Source of the DNA: Promethearchaeota archaeon
GTDB lineage: Archaea > Asgardarchaeota > Lokiarchaeia > Sigyniarchaeales > SOKP01
Direction: 5' to 3'
NCBI GenBank assembly: GCA_019058295.1
Contig: JAHPZI010000018.1
Location: 2,134 to 66,133 of the forward strand
Length of the DNA stretch: 64,000 bases
Both the position numbers and the translations under genes were made by a program. Shown here piece after piece: positions 47,140 through 56,711 of the stretch (positions are counted from its first letter, which is position 1; each line of letters opens with the position of its first letter). The notes under the pieces were generated by a model. It did not search any database and was not told where the DNA came from. It saw only the letters and a list, made by a program, of their open reading frames with translations.

Positions 47140-47727
47140 TTAGAAAATTATGAAAATTACTACTATAAATATAAGGGAAGCTATCAATGCTATTGCATTA
47201 CCTATAATCCCCAAAATCCCAAAAATGCTTCCCACTTTCTCCAGATTATTTACTGGTTCAGAATTCTTTGCTTTCGCCCTATTCACTCTAGATAAAATTC
47301 CAAATATTGTTCCTACAATATGAACTATTATGAATATAATTATTAAAACTAATAATAATATTAGTAAGTCTTTTGTTTGATAAATAGAGTAATAATTAGA
47401 GTAAAAATTCTGGAAAATTGTTCTATAAACTAAATAATTTAAAATATTAGAACCAATATAGTAACCAACTAATATTATACAAATAGATAATATTCCAAAG
47501 ATTAAACACTTTTTTGAATGTGGACCCGGGATCGTTCTCTCTTTCTTTCTAACTGGAATTTGAATATCAGCGGAAATTGGTTTGGTTCTAGGTATCGCTA
47601 CGTAGTATTGAGTATTATTGGTTCTTGATTGAGAAGTTTTAGAAATAATTGTGAGCTCATTTCCACAGTAAATACAAAACCTTTGATTTGGTATTTTCAA
47701 TTCTTTACCACAATTCGGGCAAAACAT
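47140..47727 (-). CDS. Zinc-ribbon + C-terminal multi-TM (DUF4190-like) membrane protein
   Basis: 195 aa. MFCPNCGKELKIPNQRFCIYCGNEL, then 3-4 TM segments with a GILSRVN..KAK loop. Confidence 0.55.
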   Translation of the reverse strand: MFCPNCGKELKIPNQRFCIYCGNELTIISKTSQSRTNNTQYYVAIPRTKPISADIQIPVRKKERTIPGPHSKKCLIFGILSICIILVGYYIGSNILNYLVYRTIFQNFYSNYYSIYQTKDLLILLLVLIIIFIIVHIVGTIFGILSRVNRAKAKNSEPVNNLEKVGSIFGILGIIGNAIALIASLIFIVVIFIIF

Positions 47728-47777
47728 TTTTTTACATCCAAATAGATTTCTATTAATTTAATATGGATTATTAAAAA

Positions 47778-48326
47778 TTATAAAAATATTAATATTAAAT
47801 TTTTTTCATTTTGTAAATTAATAAATAGTAGAAATGGGAATACAAGAGATATAACTACTAATGCTATTAAATTAATGATCATTCCTATTATCCCAAACAC
47901 GTTTCCAACTTGCTGATAAGTGTTAATTGGTTCCGTCTTATCCGCTTTCACACTTTTTTGTTTAGATAGAATCCCAAATATTAATCCTACCACATTAGTC
48001 GCTAGGCATATTATGAAACCTACAATATACCATCCGAATCTTATTATTGGACCTGATATTATAATTCCAATAATTGCCAATACAATTGAAGTTATTGCAT
48101 AACCTAAACAACGTCTTGAATTTTGGTACAGATCATCTGGCAATGATTTATTAACAGAAATATAAGTATATCCTGAGTCTTTTTGCGATATAGTAGGTGA
48201 TTCATACTGAGGTCTTTCAGTTCTTAATTGAGCTGTTGTAAAAATAATTTTAAGGTCAATTCCACAGATGTGACAAAACCTTTGGTTTGGGTTTACTAAT
48301 TCTGTACCACAGTTTGGGCAAAAAAT
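47778..48326 (-). CDS. Zinc-ribbon + multi-TM membrane protein paralog whose start codon is ATT
   Basis: The ORF track begins at an internal TTG (48143). The frame is open to 48326 and encodes I-FCPNCGTELVNPNQRFCHICGIDL.... The upstream context gataaagtATTttttgcccaaactgtggtacagaattagtaaa equals the paralog context gataaagtATGttttgcccaaactgtggtacagaattagtaaa except for the start-codon G-to-T change. Confidence 0.5.
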   Translation of the reverse strand: MFCPNCGTELVNPNQRFCHICGIDLKIIFTTAQLRTERPQYESPTISQKDSGYTYISVNKSLPDDLYQNSRRCLGYAITSIVLAIIGIIISGPIIRFGWYIVGFIICLATNVVGLIFGILSKQKSVKADKTEPINTYQQVGNVFGIIGMIINLIALVVISLVFPFLLFINLQNEKNLILIFL

Positions 48327-48403
48327 ACTTTATCATCCAAATAGATTTCTATTAAATAATATTATTAAATAAAATTTAAAGATTAGTTTATTAACTAAAA
48401 CTA

Positions 48404-49006
48404 TTAGAGGCTGGCAACTGCGATAACAATCCCAATAATTGTTAGGGCTAATCCCAATTCTATTATATTGAAGCTAAGCCCTAGAATCCCAAACACGCTT
48501 CCAACTGTTTTAACAGAATTTGATGTTTCTGACTTTCCAGCTTTTGTATTATTTACTCTAGATAAAATTCCAAATATTACCCCTACACTATTAGCTAATA
48601 TGGATACTATAAATCCTATTAACCCAACAAACGCATACCTCGAAATATTAATTAATATTAATATAGCACCCCCCGAAAACACACAGAATATTCCTATCGC
48701 AAAAGAAACTATAGAGAAGGCTAAACACTTTTTTGAATATGATCCTACCTCTCTTTTTTTAACTAACATTTGCTGACTAACTGGAAAACTGGTATATACT
48801 GGCGTTGACTGTGATTTAGCTATTGCTGCATCTTGTCCTCTCTCAGTTCTTAATTGAGGTGTTTTAAAATTTATCGGTGTTGGCTGTGATTTAGCTATTG
48901 CTGCATTTTGGCCTCTATTAAGAATAAGTGAAAGGTTAATTCCACAAGTTTGGCAAAATTTTTGGTTTATTTTTACTAATTCTGTACCACAGTTTGGGCA
49001 AAACAT
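48404..49006 (-). CDS. Zinc-ribbon + multi-TM membrane protein paralog
   Basis: 200 aa. MFCPNCGTELVKINQKFCQTCGINL. The linker contains an internal duplication (RGQNAAIAKSQPTP / RGQDAAIAKSQSTP), seen as an exact 23-nt repeat at 48809-48831 and 48884-48906. Confidence 0.55.
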   Translation of the reverse strand: MFCPNCGTELVKINQKFCQTCGINLSLILNRGQNAAIAKSQPTPINFKTPQLRTERGQDAAIAKSQSTPVYTSFPVSQQMLVKKREVGSYSKKCLAFSIVSFAIGIFCVFSGGAILILINISRYAFVGLIGFIVSILANSVGVIFGILSRVNNTKAGKSETSNSVKTVGSVFGILGLSFNIIELGLALTIIGIVIAVASL

Positions 49007-49119
49007 ACTTTATCAACTAATTAGATTTGTATTAAATAATTCAATATTGTCCTATTAAATAAAATTAAAATTTTAGTTTATAAACTTTTATCATACCTTA
49101 ATGAGTGAATAATAATAGG

Positions 49120-50211
49120 TTAAAACTTTTTATCAACCTCTTCTTTTTCAGCTTCATTTAATTGGCGCACTATTTTAGCCGGGGAACCATATGCTATTGA
49201 ATATGGTGGAATATCCTCTGACACGATTGATCCCGCTCCTATAATCGATCCTCGACCAATTGTGACTCCAGGTAATATGATAGAATATGCACCAATTCTC
49301 GCATTTTCGCAAACTTTAATAGGCCCAAAGCTGAATGTCCCATGTTTTATATGCATCGCATTGTGAGTTAAAAATTTAGTACCAATCCCACAACCGCTCC
49401 CATCTTCAAATTCAATTAATTCAGGTAAAAGTGGATCAGGTATTGCTTTTTGAGAAATATGGCAATTTTTTCCTATTTTCATTCCTATAAATCGAAATAA
49501 TTTATTTCTGCCTCGCGGCCATCCAGCTAAATATGTAGTAAGTAAGGAAAATAAATGATTAAACGCTCCTTTGATAAACCAAGAAATTGAAAATCCTTGA
49601 CTCTGAAGATATTTTGCAATAATTAACATTGGGATAGGTGTAAAAAGAAAGTCATCAGTTTCTATATTTATATATGTTATTTTGCCCTTAACTTCAATTT
49701 TAAATTCAGGCCTTTTATGCTTCCAAATTTTTCTCGCCTTTCTTAAATCTTTATAAAAGATAGACAAATCTGTAATAACTACAACTAAGATTAGACTTAG
49801 CGCAAAAATAATAGGTAGAAAGAGTATGATTAACATCAACCTTGTATTAAGTGTTAAATTCTCATTAAATAAGATACCAAAATAAGCATAATAAATTCCG
49901 ATGAATGTATTCAAAACAAATCCTAATAGACTAAAGACATATAGTTTTGAACCGGTTAATTGTCTAGATTTTGCTAAGTTGTATCCAAAGACGTATAATA
50001 GAAGTAGAACAGCATAAGCAATTATAATTCCACCATAGATAAATACACTAAATGTGTAAAAAACTAATGACAACCAAAATACAATAGAATCATATATCAT
50101 ATTAATCCATGGAATTGAAAAAAAAATACGATGTATTACGAATAAAACGACAAGTACTACATTTGAAAGTAAAAGAATAAATGAAATTATAAATCCTTTT
50201 TTCATTTTCAC
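49120..50211 (-). CDS. Membrane-anchored hexapeptide-repeat (LbH) acetyl/acyltransferase
   Basis: 363 aa. About 5 N-terminal TM segments. The C-terminus IGAYSIILPGVTIGRGSIIGAGSIVSEDIPPYSIAYGSPAKIV is typical of the WbbJ/maltose O-acetyltransferase type. Confidence 0.7.
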   Translation of the reverse strand: MKMKKGFIISFILLLSNVVLVVLFVIHRIFFSIPWINMIYDSIVFWLSLVFYTFSVFIYGGIIIAYAVLLLLYVFGYNLAKSRQLTGSKLYVFSLLGFVLNTFIGIYYAYFGILFNENLTLNTRLMLIILFLPIIFALSLILVVVITDLSIFYKDLRKARKIWKHKRPEFKIEVKGKITYINIETDDFLFTPIPMLIIAKYLQSQGFSISWFIKGAFNHLFSLLTTYLAGWPRGRNKLFRFIGMKIGKNCHISQKAIPDPLLPELIEFEDGSGCGIGTKFLTHNAMHIKHGTFSFGPIKVCENARIGAYSIILPGVTIGRGSIIGAGSIVSEDIPPYSIAYGSPAKIVRQLNEAEKEEVDKKF

Positions 50212-50324
50212 AATTAATTTATTATTTAATTTATAACTTTGATAGAATAATTAGAAATCATCATTAAATAATTAATATATTTTCTTAACTCAAATGATTA
50301 ATCAAAATGTTTTAAAAAAATAAA

Positions 50325-51095
50325 ATGAACACATTTAATCAGAAAAAGAAGCCAAGAATTTCTATTATCGTACCCACCTACAATGAGGAGAATCATTTAA
50401 AAGAAACATTAATCGCTATTAAAAAGCAAAGATGTGATATTTCTTATGAAATCCTTGTCGCTGATGGAAAAAGCACCGATAAAACCGTTTCTATTGCTGA
50501 AAATTATGCAAAAGTATTTATTTCACCACAAAAAGGTAAGGCCTTTCAATTAAACTATGTTGCACCAAAAACTTCTGGTGATTTACTTATATTTTTAGAT
50601 GCCGATACATTAATAGAACCATTTTTTTTACAGAAAATTCACAAAATTTTCAAAAGAGATAAAAATCTTTTTGCCTGTAGTGCTAGAGTTAAATATTATG
50701 ATGGAAAATGCCTAACCTTTAATTTGGGTTCTCTGACTTTTACTATAACAAGTTATTTTTTTCTTAATATTAATGCGCACTTATATTATTTTTTCAAAAC
50801 GTTATTTGGCTATCCTGAACTTTCAGGCACTAATATAATTGTTAGAAGAGACATATTTTTTAAAGCTGGTGGATTTAAGCAACCACCAGAGTCATTAGGA
50901 ATCGACAAGGTTTTCTCAGATTCCTTATTATATTTGAAAAGAAAACTAAAAAGGGGCAAAATTAAAACCTTAAATTTCATTTCAGTATTTACAAGTGGAA
51001 GACATTTAACCATGCGTCGTAGTTTTAAACGTATTAGCCAATACCATTCTAAAAAAGAGATATATTATGAATTAGCAAAAGAAATAAATAAATGA
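50325..51095 (+). CDS. Family-2 glycosyltransferase (short, non-processive type)
   Basis: 256 aa. ISIIVPTYNEENHL and FLDADT (DxD) motifs. Confidence 0.7.
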   Translation: MNTFNQKKKPRISIIVPTYNEENHLKETLIAIKKQRCDISYEILVADGKSTDKTVSIAENYAKVFISPQKGKAFQLNYVAPKTSGDLLIFLDADTLIEPFFLQKIHKIFKRDKNLFACSARVKYYDGKCLTFNLGSLTFTITSYFFLNINAHLYYFFKTLFGYPELSGTNIIVRRDIFFKAGGFKQPPESLGIDKVFSDSLLYLKRKLKRGKIKTLNFISVFTSGRHLTMRRSFKRISQYHSKKEIYYELAKEINK

Positions 51096-51107
51096 ATTAA
51101 TATTATA

Positions 51108-51869
51108 ATGAAGATTGCACTGACCTTTGATATTGAACGCGATATTCCTACTGTTTTAGATACATATTTTGGAGTGAAAGTTGGATTATTGAAAATATTA
51201 CAAATATTAGATAATTTTAATATCAGAGGAACTTTTTTCTGTACTGGAAATGTTGTTGAGCATCTGCCTGAGCATATAAAATTAATTGAGCGTAAAGGCC
51301 ATGAAATTGCTTGTCATGGTCTAAATCATGAACGATTAAATCAATTGAATTTTAAAGAATGTCAAGAAATAATTGATCAAAACAAAAAGATAATAGAAAA
51401 GACATGTCCAAATTCAGAGATTATTGGTTTTCGAGCTCCTAAATTAAGACCTCCAAAATTTCTTTTCAAAATATTAAGCAATTTAGGATTTAAATATGAT
51501 TCTTCAATCAGATCTCCTGAAAAGTTAAAATCTTATCAAACAAAAGATAATCAAATTCAAGAATTTCATCCTTCAAATTTCAATATATTATTTAGATTAC
51601 CTCAACCTATGGGTGATTCTTTAATACGAAAATGGATCTTTAAAAAAGAGGTAGTTATATTATTATTTCATCCTTTTGAAGCAATAGATATGAAAAATTT
51701 AATATTCAATATAAAAAATGTTTCCGGTATATTTAAAAATGTTTTCTTTAGACCAGATCGTTTGGGTCATACAGGAAATAAATTTAATACAGGATTGAGC
51801 AACTTTATCAAGGAATCTATTTCTAGAAAAGCCGAATTTGTTAGCTTAAAACAATTAATTAGTGAATGA
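51108..51869 (+). CDS. Polysaccharide deacetylase (CE4 / NodB-homology) family protein
   Basis: 253 aa. LTFDIERD start, GTFFCTG, and HEIACHGLNH (His-His metal motif). Confidence 0.7.
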   Translation: MKIALTFDIERDIPTVLDTYFGVKVGLLKILQILDNFNIRGTFFCTGNVVEHLPEHIKLIERKGHEIACHGLNHERLNQLNFKECQEIIDQNKKIIEKTCPNSEIIGFRAPKLRPPKFLFKILSNLGFKYDSSIRSPEKLKSYQTKDNQIQEFHPSNFNILFRLPQPMGDSLIRKWIFKKEVVILLFHPFEAIDMKNLIFNIKNVSGIFKNVFFRPDRLGHTGNKFNTGLSNFIKESISRKAEFVSLKQLISE

Positions 51870-51871
51870 GA

Positions 51872-53350
51872 TTAATAAAGTGGGGTTTTATCATCAGAAA
51901 ACCTTCCAAAACCTGACATTTTTAGATGTCTAAATTGCATAATCATTCTCATTCCAGTAGGGAAATGTTTCAAGAAATTTAAACCAAGATTTCTCTTATA
52001 TGGACTTAATAGCATACTAGGAAGGAACTTTACATTTCTAAATGAAATATGTTGCCTATAAGCTTTTCTAATCAACCCCAATATAAGTTTTCTCTGTCTT
52101 TCTGTGTGAGTAAAATCCATTACTCTAAGTGAAGTCTCCCAATTTTTATCTTCATCAATAAGTCCCTTTGAGACTAGATCATCCCACATTGGGATTCCGG
52201 GCCAAGCTTCAACTACATTTAAAAAGAAAAAATCCAAACCGGACTTCAATGCAAATTGTATTGTGTTTTGGCACTCGGATATTGTTTCATATGGAGCACC
52301 AACCATAAATAATCCAATTACAAAATCTATTTTAGCTTCTTTTGCCATTTTAATAGCTTTTAAAGACTGGTCAGGTGTTATATTTTTATTATAATAATTT
52401 AAAATTCTTTGATTAGCACTCTCGATTCCAAAACTAATAGATTTACAACCAGCCGATGCCATTTTTTCGAAAAATTCCCTTGTAACTCTATCAACCCGCA
52501 TTTCAGCATGCCAATTGATGTCAAGATTTTCATTTTTTAGTAATTTACAAAATTTTAACACATTCTTAAGATTTAGTGAAAAATTATCATCTACAAATGC
52601 AATTTCAGAATATCCTTGTGAAGCTAAATATGAAAACTCTTCAACTAAACGTTCAGGAGATTTAGTTCTATATTGTCTATTGGAGAATTTAGCCACGGCG
52701 CAATAAGCACACCCATAAGGACAGCCACGAGTAAAAAAAGTTGTAGCTAATTTTGAATCCATTAATTCTATTCCTGCTAAATTCTGCCGATATTGAATAT
52801 TGATAAGTGAACGATCAGGAAAAGACAGATCATCTAAATTTTTAGTAACTGGACAATCAGGATTGTGTCTAATTTTTCCATTAAATTGATAACTTATTCC
52901 TAATATATCAGTAGGTTCACGAATAGGATGTTTTTCCAGATAATTAATTAAATTAGATAAAATATATTCATTTTCTCCTCGAACACAATAATCTACGAGA
53001 TGATTATACTTTCTTAAAATATTATCCGCACAAATTGTTGGATGATAATGTCCTAATACAATTTTTACATTTGGATTCCATTTTTTAACCATCTGGGATA
53101 TTTTAATGGAAGATAAAAATCCTACAGTAAATGTTGTAATTCCAATAATTTCAGGATCTACTTTTTTTATCCATTTTAATACTTCTTCAAAACTAAATCC
53201 GTTCGATGCTTGATCTAATAATTTAACCTGATGCCCCTGTTCTTTTAAAATCGTTCCTAATAAAATAATTCCTAATGGAGGCCATTTTTGTCCATAAAAT
53301 TGTTCCTTTTCTCCTAAAACTGGACTAGGATTGATGAGTGCAATTTTCAA
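51872..53350 (-). CDS. Class B (B12-binding-domain) radical SAM enzyme
   Basis: 492 aa. PPLGIILLGTILKEQGHQVKLLD...VRGENE, then TRGCPYGCAYCAV. Close paralog of 44119..45624. Confidence 0.85.
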   Translation of the reverse strand: MKIALINPSPVLGEKEQFYGQKWPPLGIILLGTILKEQGHQVKLLDQASNGFSFEEVLKWIKKVDPEIIGITTFTVGFLSSIKISQMVKKWNPNVKIVLGHYHPTICADNILRKYNHLVDYCVRGENEYILSNLINYLEKHPIREPTDILGISYQFNGKIRHNPDCPVTKNLDDLSFPDRSLINIQYRQNLAGIELMDSKLATTFFTRGCPYGCAYCAVAKFSNRQYRTKSPERLVEEFSYLASQGYSEIAFVDDNFSLNLKNVLKFCKLLKNENLDINWHAEMRVDRVTREFFEKMASAGCKSISFGIESANQRILNYYNKNITPDQSLKAIKMAKEAKIDFVIGLFMVGAPYETISECQNTIQFALKSGLDFFFLNVVEAWPGIPMWDDLVSKGLIDEDKNWETSLRVMDFTHTERQRKLILGLIRKAYRQHISFRNVKFLPSMLLSPYKRNLGLNFLKHFPTGMRMIMQFRHLKMSGFGRFSDDKTPLY

Positions 53351-53613
53351 GTTATCTGACCTGCTGTTTTATTTTTTTCTTTCCGATTTTAATTATGAGT
53401 ACTTATTACTAATGTGTTGTATTTTAATATGATGAGAAGATATTAATAACTTTTTTTAAGTTAATACATATTTCATTTTTTTCCCGAGTCTTTTTATAAT
53501 TATATTTAAATGAAATTGTTATTATCATAGTTTGAAATATAAATATTATTGAACCTAATTATAATATTAAACACAAATTTAATTTAACAATAAAGTAAGG
53601 TTGGTAAAGTAAA

Positions 53614-54108
53614 ATGACAATAATGGAAGGTTGGGAAGTTTCGCCTGATAGAATTGATATGTATGAAAAAATGCAATCTATGGACGCAATAGGTGAACCA
53701 ATAATTACCTCAAAATGCGTACTGGATAAAGATAATGGCTTTTTAGTAGTCAGTGATGATGGTTTTGCTTGGAGAATCAAAATGGGGATGAGACAGGCAG
53801 GTATAATGAGGGCAGCGATGTCAAGTGGAAAAAGTAAATGGGTAAGATGGCATGATGTCGCTAATATTACACCGAAAAAAAATGGTCAAATATTAGTACA
53901 TTTAAAAATAAGAAAAAAGGGAGCTCTATTAAAAGATAAAAAAGGCAATTATAAAGTAAAGAAGTGGAAACTCACAATTAGAAAAGCAAAAGGAGAAGAA
54001 AAAGATTCTTTTAAACAGAGATTAGAAACTTTCAATACTATTATGTTAGAAATTTTTAGCCGGAACGCCGTAAAAGAAGATCCTCCTACAAGTGATTCTA
54101 GAATGTAA
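53614..54108 (+). CDS. Hypothetical protein (possible PH/GRAM-like fold), paralog A
   Basis: 164 aa. MEGWEVSPDRI...GFLVVSDDGFAWRIK...WVRWHDVANI...KKWKLTIRKAKGE...DPPTSDSRM. Paralog of 54347..54979. Confidence 0.4.
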   Translation: MTIMEGWEVSPDRIDMYEKMQSMDAIGEPIITSKCVLDKDNGFLVVSDDGFAWRIKMGMRQAGIMRAAMSSGKSKWVRWHDVANITPKKNGQILVHLKIRKKGALLKDKKGNYKVKKWKLTIRKAKGEEKDSFKQRLETFNTIMLEIFSRNAVKEDPPTSDSRM

Positions 54109-54346
54109 AAGGTTATTATTTCAACTTTAAAAATTCAACATTTTTTTTCTCTTTCTATAATTTTTTTAGTATTTCCACCTTAGTAAAGAATTTTTTTATA
54201 AATTTTATTGAAGAATCTTTTTCTTCCTTTATATTGAATTGGAATAAAAAATATATTATCGTAAAATAATACTAGAATTAAATCCATATATTATATCTAA
54301 GAAAAAAATTAAAGGTTTATCTTTTAATTAGAATGAAGGGGAAAAA

Positions 54347-54979
54347 ATGGTTCAACAAGAGAAAACTACATGTCCTGCATGTGGTAAAGCTATAAAAGTT
54401 GGGTTTAATTTTTGTATCAATTGTGGAGTTAAATTAAGTGAATTAGATGTAAGGGAAATCCCTTCTGAGGTTTCACCACCGCCACAAACTACTCCTGTTA
54501 TAAGAGGAACTTTGCTAATGGAAGGATGGGAAGTTTCCCCTGGTAGAATTCCAAAATATCATAAAATGATGACTATGGATCCAATCGGTGATCCAATCAT
54601 AACTTCAAAATGCAAACTTAATAATCAAAATGGCTTTTTAATAGTCAGTGACAACGGTTTTGCTTGGAGATACCAGGGAAGTTCAATGTATTCAGCAGGA
54701 AAAAGAAAATGGATAAGATGGCATGATGTAGCTAATATTATCCCAATAAAATATGATCAAGTACTAGTAGAACTAAAAATTCGAAAATATGGATCTTTAA
54801 TATTAGATGGAAGCGGTAAACTAAAAATAAAAAGGTGGAAACTCACAATAAGAAAAGCTAAGGGTGAGCAAGACGCTCAATGGCGACAAAGATTGGGAAC
54901 TTTCAATCAGATTATGCTAGAAATATTTAATCGTAATAAAGTAGAAATAGATCCTCCTACAAGTGATTCTAGAATGTAA
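54347..54979 (+). CDS. Zinc-ribbon + same domain, paralog B
   Basis: 210 aa. N-terminal CPACGKAIKVGFNFCINCGVKL, a Pro-rich linker, then the domain shared with 53614..54108, including the identical C-terminus DPPTSDSRM. Confidence 0.45.
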   Translation: MVQQEKTTCPACGKAIKVGFNFCINCGVKLSELDVREIPSEVSPPPQTTPVIRGTLLMEGWEVSPGRIPKYHKMMTMDPIGDPIITSKCKLNNQNGFLIVSDNGFAWRYQGSSMYSAGKRKWIRWHDVANIIPIKYDQVLVELKIRKYGSLILDGSGKLKIKRWKLTIRKAKGEQDAQWRQRLGTFNQIMLEIFNRNKVEIDPPTSDSRM

Positions 54980-55009
54980 AATGTTAAAGATTCAAAATAT
55001 CATTTTTTT

Positions 55010-56464
55010 CTAATTTTTCTTTATTGATATAATTTTACGTGAGAATGGGTCGTATTCAATTGAATCTCTTTTACTAATTACTTTTTCAATTACTTTTCTA
55101 AAAATTTTAAAGAATAAATTTTCAAATCCGGCGCTGAAAACTTCATTTTTCCATCTAAAATTCGCCGGATGTTTAATCAATTTAAAAATTGGCACGTTAT
55201 TGGATTCAAAAACTTTTTTCCCTATGATTGCACTAGTAATTGAAATCATTTCTAGAAAATTCTTATGTCTTAAATAGTCTGGAGCATGCTCTCTACGAAT
55301 ATTAGACCAGCTAACAAGGTTAGATGGTGGTGTGAAACCAGATTTTATAGCCTGTTCATATATTAATGTTTGGGGATAGGGAAAGAGTATTTTTATTGAA
55401 AATTCACTTTCAGGATTTATTTCTCTTACGTTTTTTATTAAAGAAATGGTTTTTCTTATATCTTTTTTAGTTTCACCTGGAATACCAATCATCCAACTAT
55501 ATTCAGCGATGATATCTAATTTATTAGTAATTTCTGCACTCTTGATTATATCTTTTATTGAAATGTTTTTATTCAAGATATTTAATACGCGTTGAGAGCC
55601 TGATTCTGCCCCAAAATACATATTACTACAACCATGTTCCTTTGCCTCTTTAGCTAATGAGTAATTCATTTGATCAACACGCAATTCAGCTTTCCATATT
55701 ATATCTTTTTCTTTAAAATATTGGAATAAAATTTTAATCCGATTTGGATTTGCGAAGAAATAATCATCATAAAAAGTTATTTTCTTAACTCCAAATTTAA
55801 ATATTTTATTAAACTCTTCAATGCATTTTTCAGCAGTCCACCCTCTCCAAACATTATTAAATAGAGCATTATAACAAAAAGCACATTTAAACGGACAACC
55901 ACGACTGGTTATCATGTTGAAATTACCACTTTTTAAATAACGCCTTGGATTTATCAAATCCCATGGAATACTTAATTCATTTAATTCAGAACTTTTTAAC
56001 AAGGCGCGGTCAGGATTATGAAAAATTTTGGCGCCGTTTTTTAATGAAAGACCATTTATTTGACTTTTATTTTTACCACTTACTAATTCATGATAAGATT
56101 TTTCACCCTCTCCACGAATAACAAAATCTATTAACTTATTTTGAAGGGTTTGGGTTGGAAGAATAGTTGAATGGATCCCGCCCCATACAATTTTAATTTT
56201 TTTAAATTCTTTCTTAATTGATTCACAAATCTTCAATGCATAATAAATCTGCGGACCAGTCATTACAGAAATGCCAATATACTCGGGCTCAATATCTGAA
56301 ATGGCATTCTTTACTTGATGGAGTGAATCAAATCTTAAATCGAAGATTTTTACATTCACGTTTCGTTTAATCAGGTAATCCGCAATAAATAAAATAGAAT
56401 AAGGGGGAGTAGGGATTTGAGTCCCAATAAATTCAAGTTGGGGATAAATTAATATAGTATTCAT
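55010..56464 (-). CDS. Class B (B12-binding-domain) radical SAM enzyme
   Basis: 484 aa. PPYSILFIADYLIKRNVNVKIFD...IGISVM...IRGEGE, then SRGCPFKCAFCYN. Confidence 0.8.
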   Translation of the reverse strand: MNTILIYPQLEFIGTQIPTPPYSILFIADYLIKRNVNVKIFDLRFDSLHQVKNAISDIEPEYIGISVMTGPQIYYALKICESIKKEFKKIKIVWGGIHSTILPTQTLQNKLIDFVIRGEGEKSYHELVSGKNKSQINGLSLKNGAKIFHNPDRALLKSSELNELSIPWDLINPRRYLKSGNFNMITSRGCPFKCAFCYNALFNNVWRGWTAEKCIEEFNKIFKFGVKKITFYDDYFFANPNRIKILFQYFKEKDIIWKAELRVDQMNYSLAKEAKEHGCSNMYFGAESGSQRVLNILNKNISIKDIIKSAEITNKLDIIAEYSWMIGIPGETKKDIRKTISLIKNVREINPESEFSIKILFPYPQTLIYEQAIKSGFTPPSNLVSWSNIRREHAPDYLRHKNFLEMISITSAIIGKKVFESNNVPIFKLIKHPANFRWKNEVFSAGFENLFFKIFRKVIEKVISKRDSIEYDPFSRKIISIKKN

Positions 56465-56711
56465 CTTATTTCTGGTTTAATATAAAAAGAATAGGATGTA
56501 ATTCTAAATATTTATTTTATATATTATTTTTCATTTTAAAGATATTATTATATTATATACTATTTTGCTTTTATTTTTACCATTAAACTAAAAATTGAAG
56601 ATTCCTTAAAGAATTATCTCGAATATAACAACTTATTAAAATTGTAAGTTAAGTACTATTAGACCTATAAAAATATAAAAAAAAATTTTAAAATAAATTA
56701 AAATATTCGAT

